64,000 nucleotides of DNA from Paramoeba atlantica (lineage: Eukaryota > Protista > Discosea). Both the position numbers and the translations under genes were made by a program. The stretch is taken from contig CDRNVI010000036.1 in the NCBI GenBank assembly GCA_977017575.1, forward strand, positions 124,001 to 188,000. The letters are read 5' to 3'. The notes beneath the pieces were generated by a model. It searched no databases and was not told where the DNA came from. It worked only from the letters and a program-made list of their open reading frames with translations. Positions 40,041-51,462 of the stretch are shown here, one piece after another. Within the stretch, counting starts at the first letter, position 1. Every line of letters begins with the position of its first letter.

Positions 40041-42410
40041 TCAGCTAAAATGGAATGCAAGAGCAGACCAATCTACTGCAACACTCTCAAGATCAGTTTC
40101 GGAACTTACAAAAGTGTCTGTACTACTCCATGTTATGAGGCCCTCCATTGCCTTGCTGAGATACGTCAAGGCAAACAGCCAATTCCTGAAACTTGTTTCA
40201 CTCCTGAGATCTGAAGATTTTTGCCGTGTCGCCCGAGCAACCTTTCCCACGCTGCTCTTTGGTCCCACTTTTGGCTCGTCTTCGCGTTGTTTCAGACTTC
40301 TATAATCGGTTTCGATCGCTTTCAAAAGTTCTACCAAGGGCATGTGTGTAACTTTTACTCCGGTTTTTGCTTCAGAACCTACAGAGAACGATTGACCCGC
40401 AGCGCTATTCCAACCTTGGCTCTTGTGAATCAACCATATGATGACGTATCTTAACCACGAGACTTCTTCCTCCTTATGCGAAGAATCCTTTAATGCCTCT
40501 AACGCATAGTGTTCGTTGCCCTCCCACAGCATTTGTTTGATATCGCGTATATGTGAAGTGGACCGGCTTCCTCGAGTAGAGTGAACGGATCCGATCCCGT
40601 GAGCGTGAAAGTCATGACAGGATTCTACTAAATCGGGATTTCTGTTTGGTCCTGCATTTACACCTGCCATTGTGTTCATCTCAGGTTCACCAGTAGGAAA
40701 GGGAAAGGCGGCGTGACTGTGACGAAAGAGCAAACGTAGTGCATCGCACCGAATGGTAAAGCGTTGAGGAATGTTTTCTGATAATGTTCGTTTGCAGCAC
40801 AGGCACAGCCTAGAGCACAACGTCGCGGCTTCGGCAAGGAAGTCGTGCAAAAGCGTATCCTCTCCAGAATATGTATGTTTCTCGTTGTAATCATGAGCTT
40901 GTCGGTGTTCGTTAATCGATGGCATCCTAGGCTGAGCACTTGTGCGCTCGTACTGTGCTAGATGGCTGAAGTCTACACTCTCAATCAGCTGTTCACCGAA
41001 AGACTGAAGAAATTCTTGTTCCAACATAGAGAGATCCCAGTCTTTGTCTTCCAAATAGGATGAAATTTCTCTTTCCCTTGCTGTAATCCAGAGAATAATT
41101 TTACCCATTATTTGTAAGGATATTTCTCTGTTGCGAAAGTAGTGAAACGTGTATAGCCAAAGAGACTCTGTTCCATCGTCCGTTTGGCTTTTGTCTTGCG
41201 CCGCAGCGACATTCGAATTCTTAAAAGGTGATTGTTTACCCTTACTGCCTTTCTTTCTGCTTTTGGAATGCTTTTTGTGTGCTTCAGAGTCATTGGTCCC
41301 ACTGACCACTCCGTAGACCGATGCATGTGTCAAAATACACGACACACAAAGTGAAATAAAGGAAGTTACTCCATGGAGCTGTAAAGTAATGCCCAGGTGG
41401 CGAAGCAGATCATGGGAAAATCTTACCACCACAGGGCTATGAAATACCCAATGGCCCAGAAATTCACATAAAAAGTTACAGGAGTCAAAACGTACGATTG
41501 ACGCAAGAGGGAAGACCGATAGAGGTGATGGAAACCGAGTACGGATGGTTTTCGGTGCCTTAACAGGAGCAAATATGTGCCAATAGGAATCTAACTTGGT
41601 ATTACATCCAGCCGTCTGGGATGAGTTTTGTGAGATCCATAACTGTAACTTAAGCGGAGGTGTAGGGATGTCTTGAAGGCTACAAAGCGTTATAAGCTCT
41701 TGGATATGCCTTAGAAACTCGAGAAAATAGAACACAGAATCCTCATGCTTAGAAGCGTCTAAAAATACAATGTGTTGAAGCTGCTCACTACTTTCTTGTT
41801 GAGAAATCACGTCCCACATAAATAGAGAGGAGAGGTTGCCAATAGGATAATGCAAACCTCGTGATTTCACATCAAATCGGCGAAGTCTTTGAGAAGATCC
41901 AAAGAGAAAATCAAGATTGTATTTTTCAGAGTTCGGCGAATTACAGTTTTCACGATTCATTGAAAAATCTTGACTTACGATTTTGCGCCGTTTCCCCCCA
42001 TAGGCTGCTTTGCATTTCTCTCTCGCTATACGATAAGACAGTTCTTTCTGATTAATCTTCGAAGGTGGTGGAAATATGACGTCATATAGGGACTGCATTC
42101 TTTCCCTGGTTGCTTTCGAAATGCCATTCACTGGACAACTGAAGGCTGTGTTAGCACTAGAATATTCATCTTTCAACTGGACTTGGAGAGTTTCGTATAA
42201 TATATCAAGCGGAACATTATCTTCAATGGGAAAAAGCACAAGAGAAAGGTCGCATAAAATTCCGGAACTATCCTGCAGAAATAGTGAGCTGTTCGCATAA
42301 TATTGCTCCTGTAACTTCGTTATTAGGTCGGCACAAGGAGGTCGCAAGCAGTTCCTCAACGAATCGAACGCGCATCGCTCTATCGAGTTCGCGAGATCGC
42401 TAAGATCCAT
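40041..42410 (-). CDS. Divergent ORC3-like protein
   Basis: 789 aa; HGVTSFISLCVSCILTH and a C-terminal WH-like segment (FRNWLFALTYL) recall ORC3; no Walker A. Confidence 0.45.
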   Translation of the reverse strand: MDLSDLANSIERCAFDSLRNCLRPPCADLITKLQEQYYANSSLFLQDSSGILCDLSLVLFPIEDNVPLDILYETLQVQLKDEYSSANTAFSCPVNGISKATRERMQSLYDVIFPPPSKINQKELSYRIAREKCKAAYGGKRRKIVSQDFSMNRENCNSPNSEKYNLDFLFGSSQRLRRFDVKSRGLHYPIGNLSSLFMWDVISQQESSEQLQHIVFLDASKHEDSVFYFLEFLRHIQELITLCSLQDIPTPPLKLQLWISQNSSQTAGCNTKLDSYWHIFAPVKAPKTIRTRFPSPLSVFPLASIVRFDSCNFLCEFLGHWVFHSPVVVRFSHDLLRHLGITLQLHGVTSFISLCVSCILTHASVYGVVSGTNDSEAHKKHSKSRKKGSKGKQSPFKNSNVAAAQDKSQTDDGTESLWLYTFHYFRNREISLQIMGKIILWITAREREISSYLEDKDWDLSMLEQEFLQSFGEQLIESVDFSHLAQYERTSAQPRMPSINEHRQAHDYNEKHTYSGEDTLLHDFLAEAATLCSRLCLCCKRTLSENIPQRFTIRCDALRLLFRHSHAAFPFPTGEPEMNTMAGVNAGPNRNPDLVESCHDFHAHGIGSVHSTRGSRSTSHIRDIKQMLWEGNEHYALEALKDSSHKEEEVSWLRYVIIWLIHKSQGWNSAAGQSFSVGSEAKTGVKVTHMPLVELLKAIETDYRSLKQREDEPKVGPKSSVGKVARATRQKSSDLRSETSFRNWLFALTYLSKAMEGLITWSSTDTFVSSETDLESVAVDWSALAFHFS

Positions 42411-42735
42411 TTACCCTCGAAAGCCTGCATCTCAACGAAAAAGATTAATATTTTTTTTACTATATAAAAGTGAGTCACTCATCACGTAAGTGAAGTGTAT
42501 CATACCTTTGGGCTACATTATGGAGGTACATCACTTGATACAGGTTTATCTATTGTGGTGAGCTACAGCAATATTACAGTATATCCTCCCGACGCACAGG
42601 GGACGTCTTGTAGCGTGCGTGCAACAAAATCAGAATTAAAAGAGCACACAAATTGAATATATGTACGCACCACAGCCATATAATATGATCGTATGTTTGT
42701 ATTCCTTGCATTACATAATATTCGTATAAAAGTAA

Positions 42736-43017
42736 TCACACAAGGTGTGCCGGATGATCTACTTCGTCCGGAAGATTTTGATAATCGCTCCACTCAATGT
42801 CGATTAGGCGGTTGTTATAGGCTTCAAGTGCTATGGAAACGCGATTTTCGCCTCGGCGACCGCACTGCCCTAGTCTGTCCTGCATACGTAAATCGTATAT
42901 TGTTCTCGTTGGGTCTAATCCTGTTACGTTCGGCTGGCCCAACTGAATTCCAGCCATTCCTATATTCTCTGACTCGTTTTCACGATGGCTTTCACGACGT
43001 GCCATTGGCAGCATCAT
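42736..43017 (-). CDS. Candidate small protein (93 aa)
   Basis: ATG at 43017 preceded by T-rich tracts and AG on the gene strand; fills an 860-bp gap. Confidence 0.3.
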   Translation of the reverse strand: MMLPMARRESHRENESENIGMAGIQLGQPNVTGLDPTRTIYDLRMQDRLGQCGRRGENRVSIALEAYNNRLIDIEWSDYQNLPDEVDHPAHLV

Positions 43018-43269
43018 ATAAAAAAAATTCTTATGAAAATTTCTTAAAGAAAATAACAAATAAGAGCATCGACGATAGAAAAATTAATGTTTTACATGAC
43101 GCTGAACTTGTAAAAAATGGCGAAACTAACGAAGGTGGGTCATTCCTTCCCCATGTCCCCCACGTTCACACTTGCGATTTCGTCAGCACAGTACAAGGAA
43201 TAAATAATACTCAAGTGGATACCGCTCTTTGGAGATGATGTCACACAGGCGTGATATACAAAGGCGTGA

Positions 43270-44853
43270 TTACGTCCATGGGTAAAAATTGCTATGCAAC
43301 ACAATCCCCAAAATGTTCCATAGCAAAAGATATGAAAACAACACGTGTCTTGCACGTGGTGGCGACCCGATGTACAAATTTGATAAGATCCACTGTACGG
43401 AAGGCAAACTAAACAAAAAACGGGGAATGACTTGAAAGTGTACTAGACATAAAGCTATCGCAGTGTTAACAAGAAGCATAAGATTGCACGCCAGGTGATA
43501 ATGTTGCTCTACGTCCTTTTCTGATATCAGATGTGCCTGATTTTTGATAACCACTCGATTAGGGATGCTGGATTTTTCTATTCGCCAGACACTATTCCAT
43601 AGTAAAATAATTGGATTCAACGGGGGACTCAAGCCCTTTCTTTTGAGGCCCCACACAACCACGAAGAGGATAGGAAACGCAATGACCAAATTTAACAATT
43701 GTAAATATTGAAATTGAGACAAGAAACCAACATTCCAATATTGGCTCTGTATCGAGGAATAGAAAGCATAAAAGGGAACACCACAAGGCATGTGGCTATC
43801 ATCCTTTCCGAAAACTGTAGAATTGTAATTTACTAAATCATCTGTTGGACAACATTCGCGCTGTGCGCAATACTGAAACAGGAAAAAAGGAATAGTCGTA
43901 ATTGCGGCACATACACCCATGACGATCATAGCCGTAGTCCCAGAAAGGAGCTCTTTCCATTTCTGAAACGTATGCTTCCGACACCGAAAAAAGCAGTACA
44001 GCGTTTCGGTACCGATTAAATATCCGCCATAGAAGAAATATAACACATTCAGCATTCCATTCGATCGTATTGTACTAGCACCTAAAAAGCAAAGTGTAGC
44101 CGCGCTAGCAAAAATACTGTATTGCACAGGTTTACGCCATTTGTTTGGGGGTCGTCTTGTAGAGCGATGAAAATAGGCCTCCCAGCAAAGCAATAAAAAA
44201 TAACATCCCCAGTTACTAAGACATGCGTACATGACATCACAATACGCTGCTTGTGTGAATATACCCGCGGGAGAGAGAAGGTAAAAAAGAGTTGATAAAT
44301 CCGACATTGGTTCACTGTGAAAGATCAAACTGGTTAGTTTGAAAAGCCCGAGTGCAGAGAGGAAATACATCCCTATGTTGAGTCCCAGAGCACAGATTGG
44401 AAACCAAGAAGTGAATGAACAGAGGCGAGAGAGCAAGGCAGGGTATCCTGGATAGAAGGCAAAGTAGTGTACAAACGGGTAGGGTGCTGTGTAATGCGAA
44501 CAGAAATTATGCAGAGTCGATACAGAGACCTTGCAACGGGAAGAAACGGTTTGATTTTTCTCATAGTTCAATCTCATGTGCTGTTCTCGATGTGCGATAT
44601 CGGTAAAGAAGACACTGTCCCAGTTAAAAGTATGGGCGAGTAAATCAACATAGCTCAATGCAGGTACGTCTCCTGAAACGTTATCTTCTTTAGGATCGTT
44701 TTCAAGAAACGAATGTGGAGCCTGTTGCATCTCTCTCATTGTCATCGCTGTAGACAAGTCATAGTCATCCAGCACCTTGTGCGACAAGATCGCAAAAAAC
44801 AGCAGTGACGTCCTGATGACAAGAGTCAGAAAAAGAAGACGGAAGCCGCGCAT
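43270..44853 (-). CDS. PIGV: GPI mannosyltransferase II (PIG-V/Gpi18)
   Basis: NWDSVFF..IA, FAFYPGYP, IRSNG, YSSIQSQYWNVGFL, HFQVIPRF. The track start is GTG; ATG at 44853. Confidence 0.92.
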   Translation of the reverse strand: MRGFRLLFLTLVIRTSLLFFAILSHKVLDDYDLSTAMTMREMQQAPHSFLENDPKEDNVSGDVPALSYVDLLAHTFNWDSVFFTDIAHREQHMRLNYEKNQTVSSRCKVSVSTLHNFCSHYTAPYPFVHYFAFYPGYPALLSRLCSFTSWFPICALGLNIGMYFLSALGLFKLTSLIFHSEPMSDLSTLFYLLSPAGIFTQAAYCDVMYACLSNWGCYFLLLCWEAYFHRSTRRPPNKWRKPVQYSIFASAATLCFLGASTIRSNGMLNVLYFFYGGYLIGTETLYCFFRCRKHTFQKWKELLSGTTAMIVMGVCAAITTIPFFLFQYCAQRECCPTDDLVNYNSTVFGKDDSHMPCGVPFYAFYSSIQSQYWNVGFLSQFQYLQLLNLVIAFPILFVVVWGLKRKGLSPPLNPIILLWNSVWRIEKSSIPNRVVIKNQAHLISEKDVEQHYHLACNLMLLVNTAIALCLVHFQVIPRFLFSLPSVQWILSNLYIGSPPRARHVLFSYLLLWNILGIVLHSNFYPWT

Positions 44854-45068
44854 TTTCTGCCTACATGTAGGAAAATACGTCCGAGGTTCACTTACATAAG
44901 CATACACATAAACACATCTGAGTAAATCAATGCCTGTACAACTGCATACTAGTACCACAGAAGTAAATTACTTTCTTTTTGACATACAACTACGCCTTCC
45001 CTACAGTTACCCTAAAGTAGTTGAGACTCTACATGAACCTAGGATAAGGCATACACAAGCGTAAGAGG

Positions 45069-45887
45069 TCATTGCCCTACATTTATCGACTTTACTTTTT
45101 CAAGAAGACAATTATACAACTGTCTAAGACTCACTGTGTCTCTAGTGGGAGCATATTGCGGTACGTTCGTTTGCTCACATCCCACACAAGATGATTTTGA
45201 GAGCATCACACATGGACGGCATAGAAAGGCACCACAACAATGTGCGATCCACGGATCCACTCGGAGGGAACGACATCGCACACAAAGAAAGCGACCCGGA
45301 AGAGATGCAACAGAAATAGACGGTATCGCTTTTATCACATCACTCAGAGTTGTGAGACGAGCAATCATGTCCTCTGGACGATCCTTCATTTTCATTTCAG
45401 GCATCCGATGGGCTAATGCCACGGCATGGATCATTGATTTGGGAATCGAGAGATGCGTGGTTGCCGTTTTGAGGGACTCTGCATTCTTTACGGATTCCGA
45501 ATTCACGTCTTCTGTGTTCTCAATTACACCAGTTTTAGTTGAAGCCTCGGATGCTTCGGGAGGTCCTCCTGATTTTACAAGGTTTCGTAGCATCAAGTTG
45601 CTTTCCGCCTCCTGTATCGTGGTAACATATAAACGACATCCATGTACGATATCTGCTGACGTACAGAGGCGAAGATTTGAAATCGAGAGACAAATGAATA
45701 TTTTCCACAATTTGGCATCGCCAGAGGTTGGTACGAGTTTTTGTATTCCTTCGATCACTTCATTTATTCTGTCGCCGGAAGGAAGTTGTGGCAGGACAAG
45801 TCTAAAAGGATCCGGTCGACAACTAGGAAACAAAACGCATATGCACAAATCGCAGTTTGCAGGTGACGATTCGGTTAGCATATCCAT
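45069..45887 (-). CDS. RING-finger protein (RBBP6/Mpe1-like RING)
   Basis: CVRC...DPWIAHCCGAFLCRPC......CVGC. Confidence 0.65.
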   Translation of the reverse strand: MDMLTESSPANCDLCICVLFPSCRPDPFRLVLPQLPSGDRINEVIEGIQKLVPTSGDAKLWKIFICLSISNLRLCTSADIVHGCRLYVTTIQEAESNLMLRNLVKSGGPPEASEASTKTGVIENTEDVNSESVKNAESLKTATTHLSIPKSMIHAVALAHRMPEMKMKDRPEDMIARLTTLSDVIKAIPSISVASLPGRFLCVRCRSLRVDPWIAHCCGAFLCRPCVMLSKSSCVGCEQTNVPQYAPTRDTVSLRQLYNCLLEKVKSINVGQ

Positions 45888-46159
45888 TTTTTGCCCTTCT
45901 TCAACATTTAAAGTAAGGGTTCAATAATTTGTACAGGTTTGTAATGGAAAATGCTAGAAGATCACCATGAATACAATTTCTTCCTACAACGAGAATACAT
46001 TGCGTTCTGGTCTTTTCCAGTGCTGCATATTACAGGTCATCATAATAAAAGCAAAATTTTGAAGCTTTAAAATATTCGAGTATAACAGAAGGGCTTTCGA
46101 TTTCTTTCAGTATGAACTACACACCGTTGGTGTCAGGAAAGTATGGACACAAATGTATC

Positions 46160-48409
46160 TCACTTTGGAACTTTGCCTTCCACAATTTTCTGAAACAAAG
46201 GTGGCTGTGTTTCGCCCAACGGAGTTCCAGGAGGCAGTTTGCCAAACCGAAGTGCGTCACGTCCTCGGATTAACTCTGGCTTCTCCGAAACCCCAAGCTG
46301 TTGCATCACACGATCACAAACGTCAGGCATCACACACCCCAACAGAAGTGCGCAGATCCGCAGGCAGTCCTGCATCACGTAGAGTATCGTACCTGCCCTC
46401 GCGGTATCCTTCCGTATCACTTTCCAAGGCTCCATATGGGTTGTATACGCATTCACACATCTTAGCACCTCAAACACGACCTTCACTCCCGTCTGCAGGT
46501 CCCCCATCCGGAAAGCCCCATCAAAGCGTCCCACAAGCCTCTCAGTTTCATCACGCATCAGTACATCATGGGGGGTGTAGCTCCCGGGGGTTGGGACCAC
46601 ACGTTGGGGCACAAGCTTCACACTGACGCATCGTAACACCAGATTCCCTAACGTATCCGCGAGTTCTCCATTCAACCGAGAGACCATGGCACCATCCGAG
46701 TAGTCCCCGTCATCCTTAAACGAGCACTCCCGGAGCAGGAAGTACTTGATCGGGTCCAGACCGTAGCGCTTGACTTTTTCCCGCGGGTCAAAGGCGTTCC
46801 CGAGGCTCTTGCTAATTTTCCTACCCTCATGGGTCCACCAGCCGTGGACAATCAGTTTTCGAGGGGGGGCGTAGCCCAGGGCGAACAGAAACGCTGGCCA
46901 GTAGACCGCATGGAATTTTAAAATGTCTTTCCCCAGCACATGGGTTCCGGGCCATCGATCGAAACCATTCGGGTGCGCACAGAGTTCTCGGTGCAACGTT
47001 TCCGAATCCGTTAGCATCGCCGAGGTGAGATAATTGGTTAGAGCGTCCAGCCAGACATAAATCACGTGGTCGGGATCTCCTGGACAGGGAATGGCCCAAT
47101 CACACACGGATTTCTTTCGTGAAACCGAGAGGTCCGAGAGGCCGTTTTGTACGAGTTGGATAACCTCCTGTCGTCGGAACTCGGGGTAAATTACCGGACC
47201 GCTGCGTAGCCATTCTAAAAGCTGTTTTTCATATTTCGAGAGTCGAAACAGGTAATTCTGCTCGGAGACACGATGTACGGGGTGACCGGATTCTACAGAG
47301 AGATAGCGCGTACCCGTCCCCTCGGGTAATGCCTCCTCACGCACCTGTGTGGCAGTTAGAAATGACTCGTCGGAGACGCAGTACCAGCCCTCATAGGTGC
47401 CTAGATAAATGTCGTCTTGGTCGACCAGCCTCTCCCATAGTTTCTCTACGAGGGAAACGTGCTCGGGGTCGGTTGTGCGGACAAAGTGGTTGTATTTAAA
47501 ATCCCACTCATCGAAGCAGTCCCGGAAGGAGCGCGCGACGTCGTCGGTAAACGTTTGCGGCGTTTGATTTTTATCTGCGGCAGCTTTTGCAATTTTCTGC
47601 CCGTGCTCGTCCGTTCCGGTAGACAAAAAACTTTCCTCACCTATTAAAGAATGGTAACGCGCAAGGCAGTCGGCTACTAAGGTAGAGTAAATGTGACCGA
47701 TGTGGGGCGCAGCATTAACATAGTAGATGGGTGTTGTGACGTAGAAGGGATAGTTTGCCACGGATAGGGAGCGAGGGACTTTTTGCGAAAACTCCAGTTT
47801 GGAAAGCTCTGGCACTCCCAGAAGAGATAACCCAGACCGAATTGATGCTTGATTCGTCTTGAAAAAGGCCTCAAACCAAGAATGAAGATTCCCACCAAAG
47901 TGTCCTTCCTCATTCTGCAATGCATTCGTGTGTTCTAGTGTAGGTACAAGAGGAATCACGGAGGCGAACAGCAAGCACTTCATAACGGTTGTGTCATCCT
48001 GTAAAACAGACGGAAACTTCACCGCTAGGTCTTTAATTATCGTCGCCGCATTATTAGAATCTAATTTCCCATATTGTGACTCCTCGTCAGTCGTATTTCG
48101 AAAGGTTTCAGAATCCCACTCCAGAAAACGACGTAAATTTTCATTGCCCGAATATCTATTCAATTCTGCGAGTCGGTGATATACATTTTTTGAACCTATC
48201 GTACGAACGTCTTCCTCACCCTCCTCAAGGACAGGCCACACTTCCTCCAAGGGGAATGATGTTGGTAAATTCAATCTAAGCAAGTAATGAAAGCTTTGTT
48301 CATGGGACAACACTGATACGCTGAGTTGGCAGTTCGTCTCCAGCGCGACTAACACGCAGCGAAAGCTGTGGTATGTGGCAGCGTTCGTGATTAGGCGCAA
48401 CGTCATCAT
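46160..48409 (-). CDS. MetRS: Methionyl-tRNA synthetase with an N-terminal extension
   Basis: TTPIYYVNAAPHIGH, GTDEHGQK, YEGWYCVSDE, YVWLDAL, GKDILKFH, KISKSLGN. Confidence 0.97.
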   Translation of the reverse strand: MMTLRLITNAATYHSFRCVLVALETNCQLSVSVLSHEQSFHYLLRLNLPTSFPLEEVWPVLEEGEEDVRTIGSKNVYHRLAELNRYSGNENLRRFLEWDSETFRNTTDEESQYGKLDSNNAATIIKDLAVKFPSVLQDDTTVMKCLLFASVIPLVPTLEHTNALQNEEGHFGGNLHSWFEAFFKTNQASIRSGLSLLGVPELSKLEFSQKVPRSLSVANYPFYVTTPIYYVNAAPHIGHIYSTLVADCLARYHSLIGEESFLSTGTDEHGQKIAKAAADKNQTPQTFTDDVARSFRDCFDEWDFKYNHFVRTTDPEHVSLVEKLWERLVDQDDIYLGTYEGWYCVSDESFLTATQVREEALPEGTGTRYLSVESGHPVHRVSEQNYLFRLSKYEKQLLEWLRSGPVIYPEFRRQEVIQLVQNGLSDLSVSRKKSVCDWAIPCPGDPDHVIYVWLDALTNYLTSAMLTDSETLHRELCAHPNGFDRWPGTHVLGKDILKFHAVYWPAFLFALGYAPPRKLIVHGWWTHEGRKISKSLGNAFDPREKVKRYGLDPIKYFLLRECSFKDDGDYSDGAMVSRLNGELADTLGNLVLRCVSVKLVPQRVVPTPGSYTPHDVLMRDETERLVGRFDGAFRMGDLQTGVKVVFEVLRCVNAYTTHMEPWKVIRKDTARAGTILYVMQDCLRICALLLGCVMPDVCDRVMQQLGVSEKPELIRGRDALRFGKLPPGTPLGETQPPLFQKIVEGKVPK

Positions 48410-48647
48410 CCTTCTACCCTGCGATTACTGAAAATTAAGAATAGAAATATGAGATAAACTTTGATTATCTAAATTTCTGTAATTTTCATTATCGTCCAGG
48501 AATAAAATGTAAATCCTCATCCGTTGAATTAATTCTGAAAGAATCTACACATGTAATGAACCCATACAAGCACGAAGGAAAAATGAGTAAAAAACTAAAA
48601 CAGTGCACGTATTGCACACTCCGAAATACACATTCGACATAAAGTCT

Positions 48648-51287
48648 TCAAGAGAATCTCTTCCCCAATTCCTCTACCACCTTACGCAAACATACAGCTT
48701 CGGATTGTGTGGCATTGTCGTCCCTTTTAGCGATTTCGTATGCACGTTTGTCATCTCCACGACCTAAAAGTATAAGTACTTTCATCAGTGAATCATTTCC
48801 TAGGCAAAGCAATAGTTCATCAGTGCCAAAGTGTGGAATCCAAGTGTGGAACAACACTGTAGAATTCTTTTCAAGACACGACGCGAACAACGCGAAAAGC
48901 ATAATTCGTATATCTTTGTCTACTATTCCAGCCAAAGCAACAAAAAAGGTAGAAGGAGAGTGAAATTCCGTAGGGCTCAATATCGTCGTGGAATGGGATC
49001 TAAAAATCAACCAATCAGGTTGTTTATTTCGAGAGCTTCCAAAGTCTTGGACGGCATGCGCGTGATGAGAAGAATGTGTCCAAGTTGCTTGAGTATCGTA
49101 AGGTCTTGTATTTAAAGTTGGGGCATGTTTCGACAAATGTTTCAGTTCACCATCACATTGCATGCACGCGTTCCAAACTAAACCAAAACACAGCCGTCGC
49201 AAAGAAAGCGGAAATATACTCATTGGCAAACCGTAAGCTGAATCGAAAGTGAATGGGTCCATTTTACTAGGATCGTGGTCCACCTGTCTAAGAAATGTGC
49301 ATAGTAGCGCTTCGTCGACATTCCAACCCAAATTTCTGCACATCTCAGTCCTGGATGTATAAGTTTCACAGAAGACGTATAAGACTTGAATACGAAGGGA
49401 TAGAGAGCGATCAACCAGAAATTGCACGTGTCGAAGCGCACACAATGAGTACGTCAAAGAATCTGTCGATGTTAATGAGGAACGCATTGAACTCATCATT
49501 TCCGAGCTAAGTTCAAGGCGAACCCAATCCGAAAAATCATCAGATAAGCATTTCTTTAACCTCACTTCATAAGGCTTCAATACGGGGAAGCTTTGGATCA
49601 ATCTCTGATATGCCCCTACAATATTGTTTTCATGAGTTTCCTGTGTGGCCGAAAATGATTCCTCGACTGTTCTGGAAACAAAGTCGAATATCGGCAAATT
49701 CGGGCCTAAATGTCCCCCGATAATACAAATGCGAAGCTCTTCAACTGTTTTATCTAACACATGAGATTGGCGCAAAATCAAGTTACTAGATGAGCGTATT
49801 TGTTCCGCAAAAACGGTCCATTCCTGAAATGGAAATTCTCGCATTTTTAACATGTTCATGATTTCTATTCGCCGCCAAGTTTCTATTTGAGAGCGGAGCC
49901 CTAGTGCGGACCCAATGGTTCTATCATGCTTCCTAAAGTCGGATATTTTTTCCTCGATCTCAAATGCACTTTCGTCGCTTGAAAACGCAATTGCTTCCTT
50001 TGGTGCAATATGCCAAGAATGTACAGCTCCAGTGCTCTGATTTTGTGCACACAGTGCTAAATGACCTGTGGAATGATATCCGGCGCACCACAGAAAGTAA
50101 TTCTCACGATCCAGCGACATAAGAACCGAATCCTCAAACGGATGATGTAATGGTATTATTTGCAAGCTACCCGAACACACAAGTAAACAGCGCCCGACTG
50201 TATAGTTTTGTACGAGTATATGCGTGTTGGACAGGATAATAACGGCTACTCCTTTATCACTTTCCTTTGAAGTGCATAATCCCTGTATTGTGCCCATTCT
50301 ACTAAAGCTTTGTGTTCCACTATCATCTCCGAGCAGTACTGCATCCTCAGAGGCAAGTGTGCTGGTGACATCACTGCAGGTATCTCTAGATGTGAATGTC
50401 TCCAACCAGGCCACATTCGTTTCTCGAAGCGCCTCGGGCTGCTCTGGATTCCACTCAAATTGTAGCAGATTCGTTTTATCCACCCATGTGAGAAAGGTCA
50501 ACGTGGGTATCTTAAAATGAGCTAAAACACAAAATGAACCCAGTCGGGGCGCATGAAGTAATGTGTGGCAAAGTACAGCATCGCTCTCCTGTGTTCGAAA
50601 CCGTTCGGAGGTTAAATCATACTGAAGCCCAATGAAAAAATCTCCGTGAAGTGCAAAGATCATTTCATTTCGGCTGTGGTGCAAAAGCTGACGTATGGGT
50701 GTTTTCTGTATCCCAGGGACAAGCGAGCGGGTTGTGTCTGTAATTCCAGTTTTAAAAGAGTACAGCGCAAGACTTCCGTCTCCTAGTCCCAGCACTGCGT
50801 GTGTGGCACTAACACATTGTATGGCATGTACTTCATCGGAGAGCGTGTATTTCAATGTGGAATACGGAACCCCTTTTTGTATTTCGTGAAGCCCATTTAA
50901 GGTGCCTACCAGATACGCGCACGACTGCGTGCCGGGAACTCCTGTTATGCAGAGTGGAATAGGGGCAGAACGGTTATCCGTAAATGTGCCAATACTTTGA
51001 TATCCCTGTTCTTTGCATGCTGATGAATTCACTTGTTTTATATCGAAATCTGATAAACGAATGCGTTCACACACATTCGGGCGACCGCATGCATGTGCTA
51101 AGAAACGGTTCTCTAGACAATTACTAAAAAGAAGACTGCCTCGTGTAAGTTGAATAGAAAGAGGAACGGATTGAGTGATCAACATTCTGTAGGCAGAGGC
51201 TTCGGGTGTTTCAGAACTTACCTCAATTTGTGACCCGCCCGCGGACGGAGGTCTCCATGTTCTATGCGAACGAACCTCAAGAAGCAT
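48648..51287 (-). CDS. Hypothetical protein (beta-propeller-like N-half, helical C-half)
   Basis: 879-aa ORF; WD-like stretches (VLGLGDGSLALYSF); family not recognised. Confidence 0.7.
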   Translation of the reverse strand: MLLEVRSHRTWRPPSAGGSQIEVSSETPEASAYRMLITQSVPLSIQLTRGSLLFSNCLENRFLAHACGRPNVCERIRLSDFDIKQVNSSACKEQGYQSIGTFTDNRSAPIPLCITGVPGTQSCAYLVGTLNGLHEIQKGVPYSTLKYTLSDEVHAIQCVSATHAVLGLGDGSLALYSFKTGITDTTRSLVPGIQKTPIRQLLHHSRNEMIFALHGDFFIGLQYDLTSERFRTQESDAVLCHTLLHAPRLGSFCVLAHFKIPTLTFLTWVDKTNLLQFEWNPEQPEALRETNVAWLETFTSRDTCSDVTSTLASEDAVLLGDDSGTQSFSRMGTIQGLCTSKESDKGVAVIILSNTHILVQNYTVGRCLLVCSGSLQIIPLHHPFEDSVLMSLDRENYFLWCAGYHSTGHLALCAQNQSTGAVHSWHIAPKEAIAFSSDESAFEIEEKISDFRKHDRTIGSALGLRSQIETWRRIEIMNMLKMREFPFQEWTVFAEQIRSSSNLILRQSHVLDKTVEELRICIIGGHLGPNLPIFDFVSRTVEESFSATQETHENNIVGAYQRLIQSFPVLKPYEVRLKKCLSDDFSDWVRLELSSEMMSSMRSSLTSTDSLTYSLCALRHVQFLVDRSLSLRIQVLYVFCETYTSRTEMCRNLGWNVDEALLCTFLRQVDHDPSKMDPFTFDSAYGLPMSIFPLSLRRLCFGLVWNACMQCDGELKHLSKHAPTLNTRPYDTQATWTHSSHHAHAVQDFGSSRNKQPDWLIFRSHSTTILSPTEFHSPSTFFVALAGIVDKDIRIMLFALFASCLEKNSTVLFHTWIPHFGTDELLLCLGNDSLMKVLILLGRGDDKRAYEIAKRDDNATQSEAVCLRKVVEELGKRFS

Positions 51288-51462
51288 CTGTCAATTCGAG
51301 CAAGATACAGTAAGGCAAAAGTTTATTATTTTGCAAGGTAAAAAACTGTGTTAAAAAAATGGAAAGGAAGGTCAAGGAAATTAAAGAACATGTGCTCAGC
51401 TGTAACAAAATCGTACAATGGGTCCAAATCAGGAAATTAAGCAAAACGTTGCTAAAACAAGC

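Noticed and set aside
45136-45927. 263-aa antisense ORF over the RING gene
   Set aside because: In this offset frame, stops need Tyr/His/Gln codons on the sense gene, which has few (3 Tyr). No motif is present.
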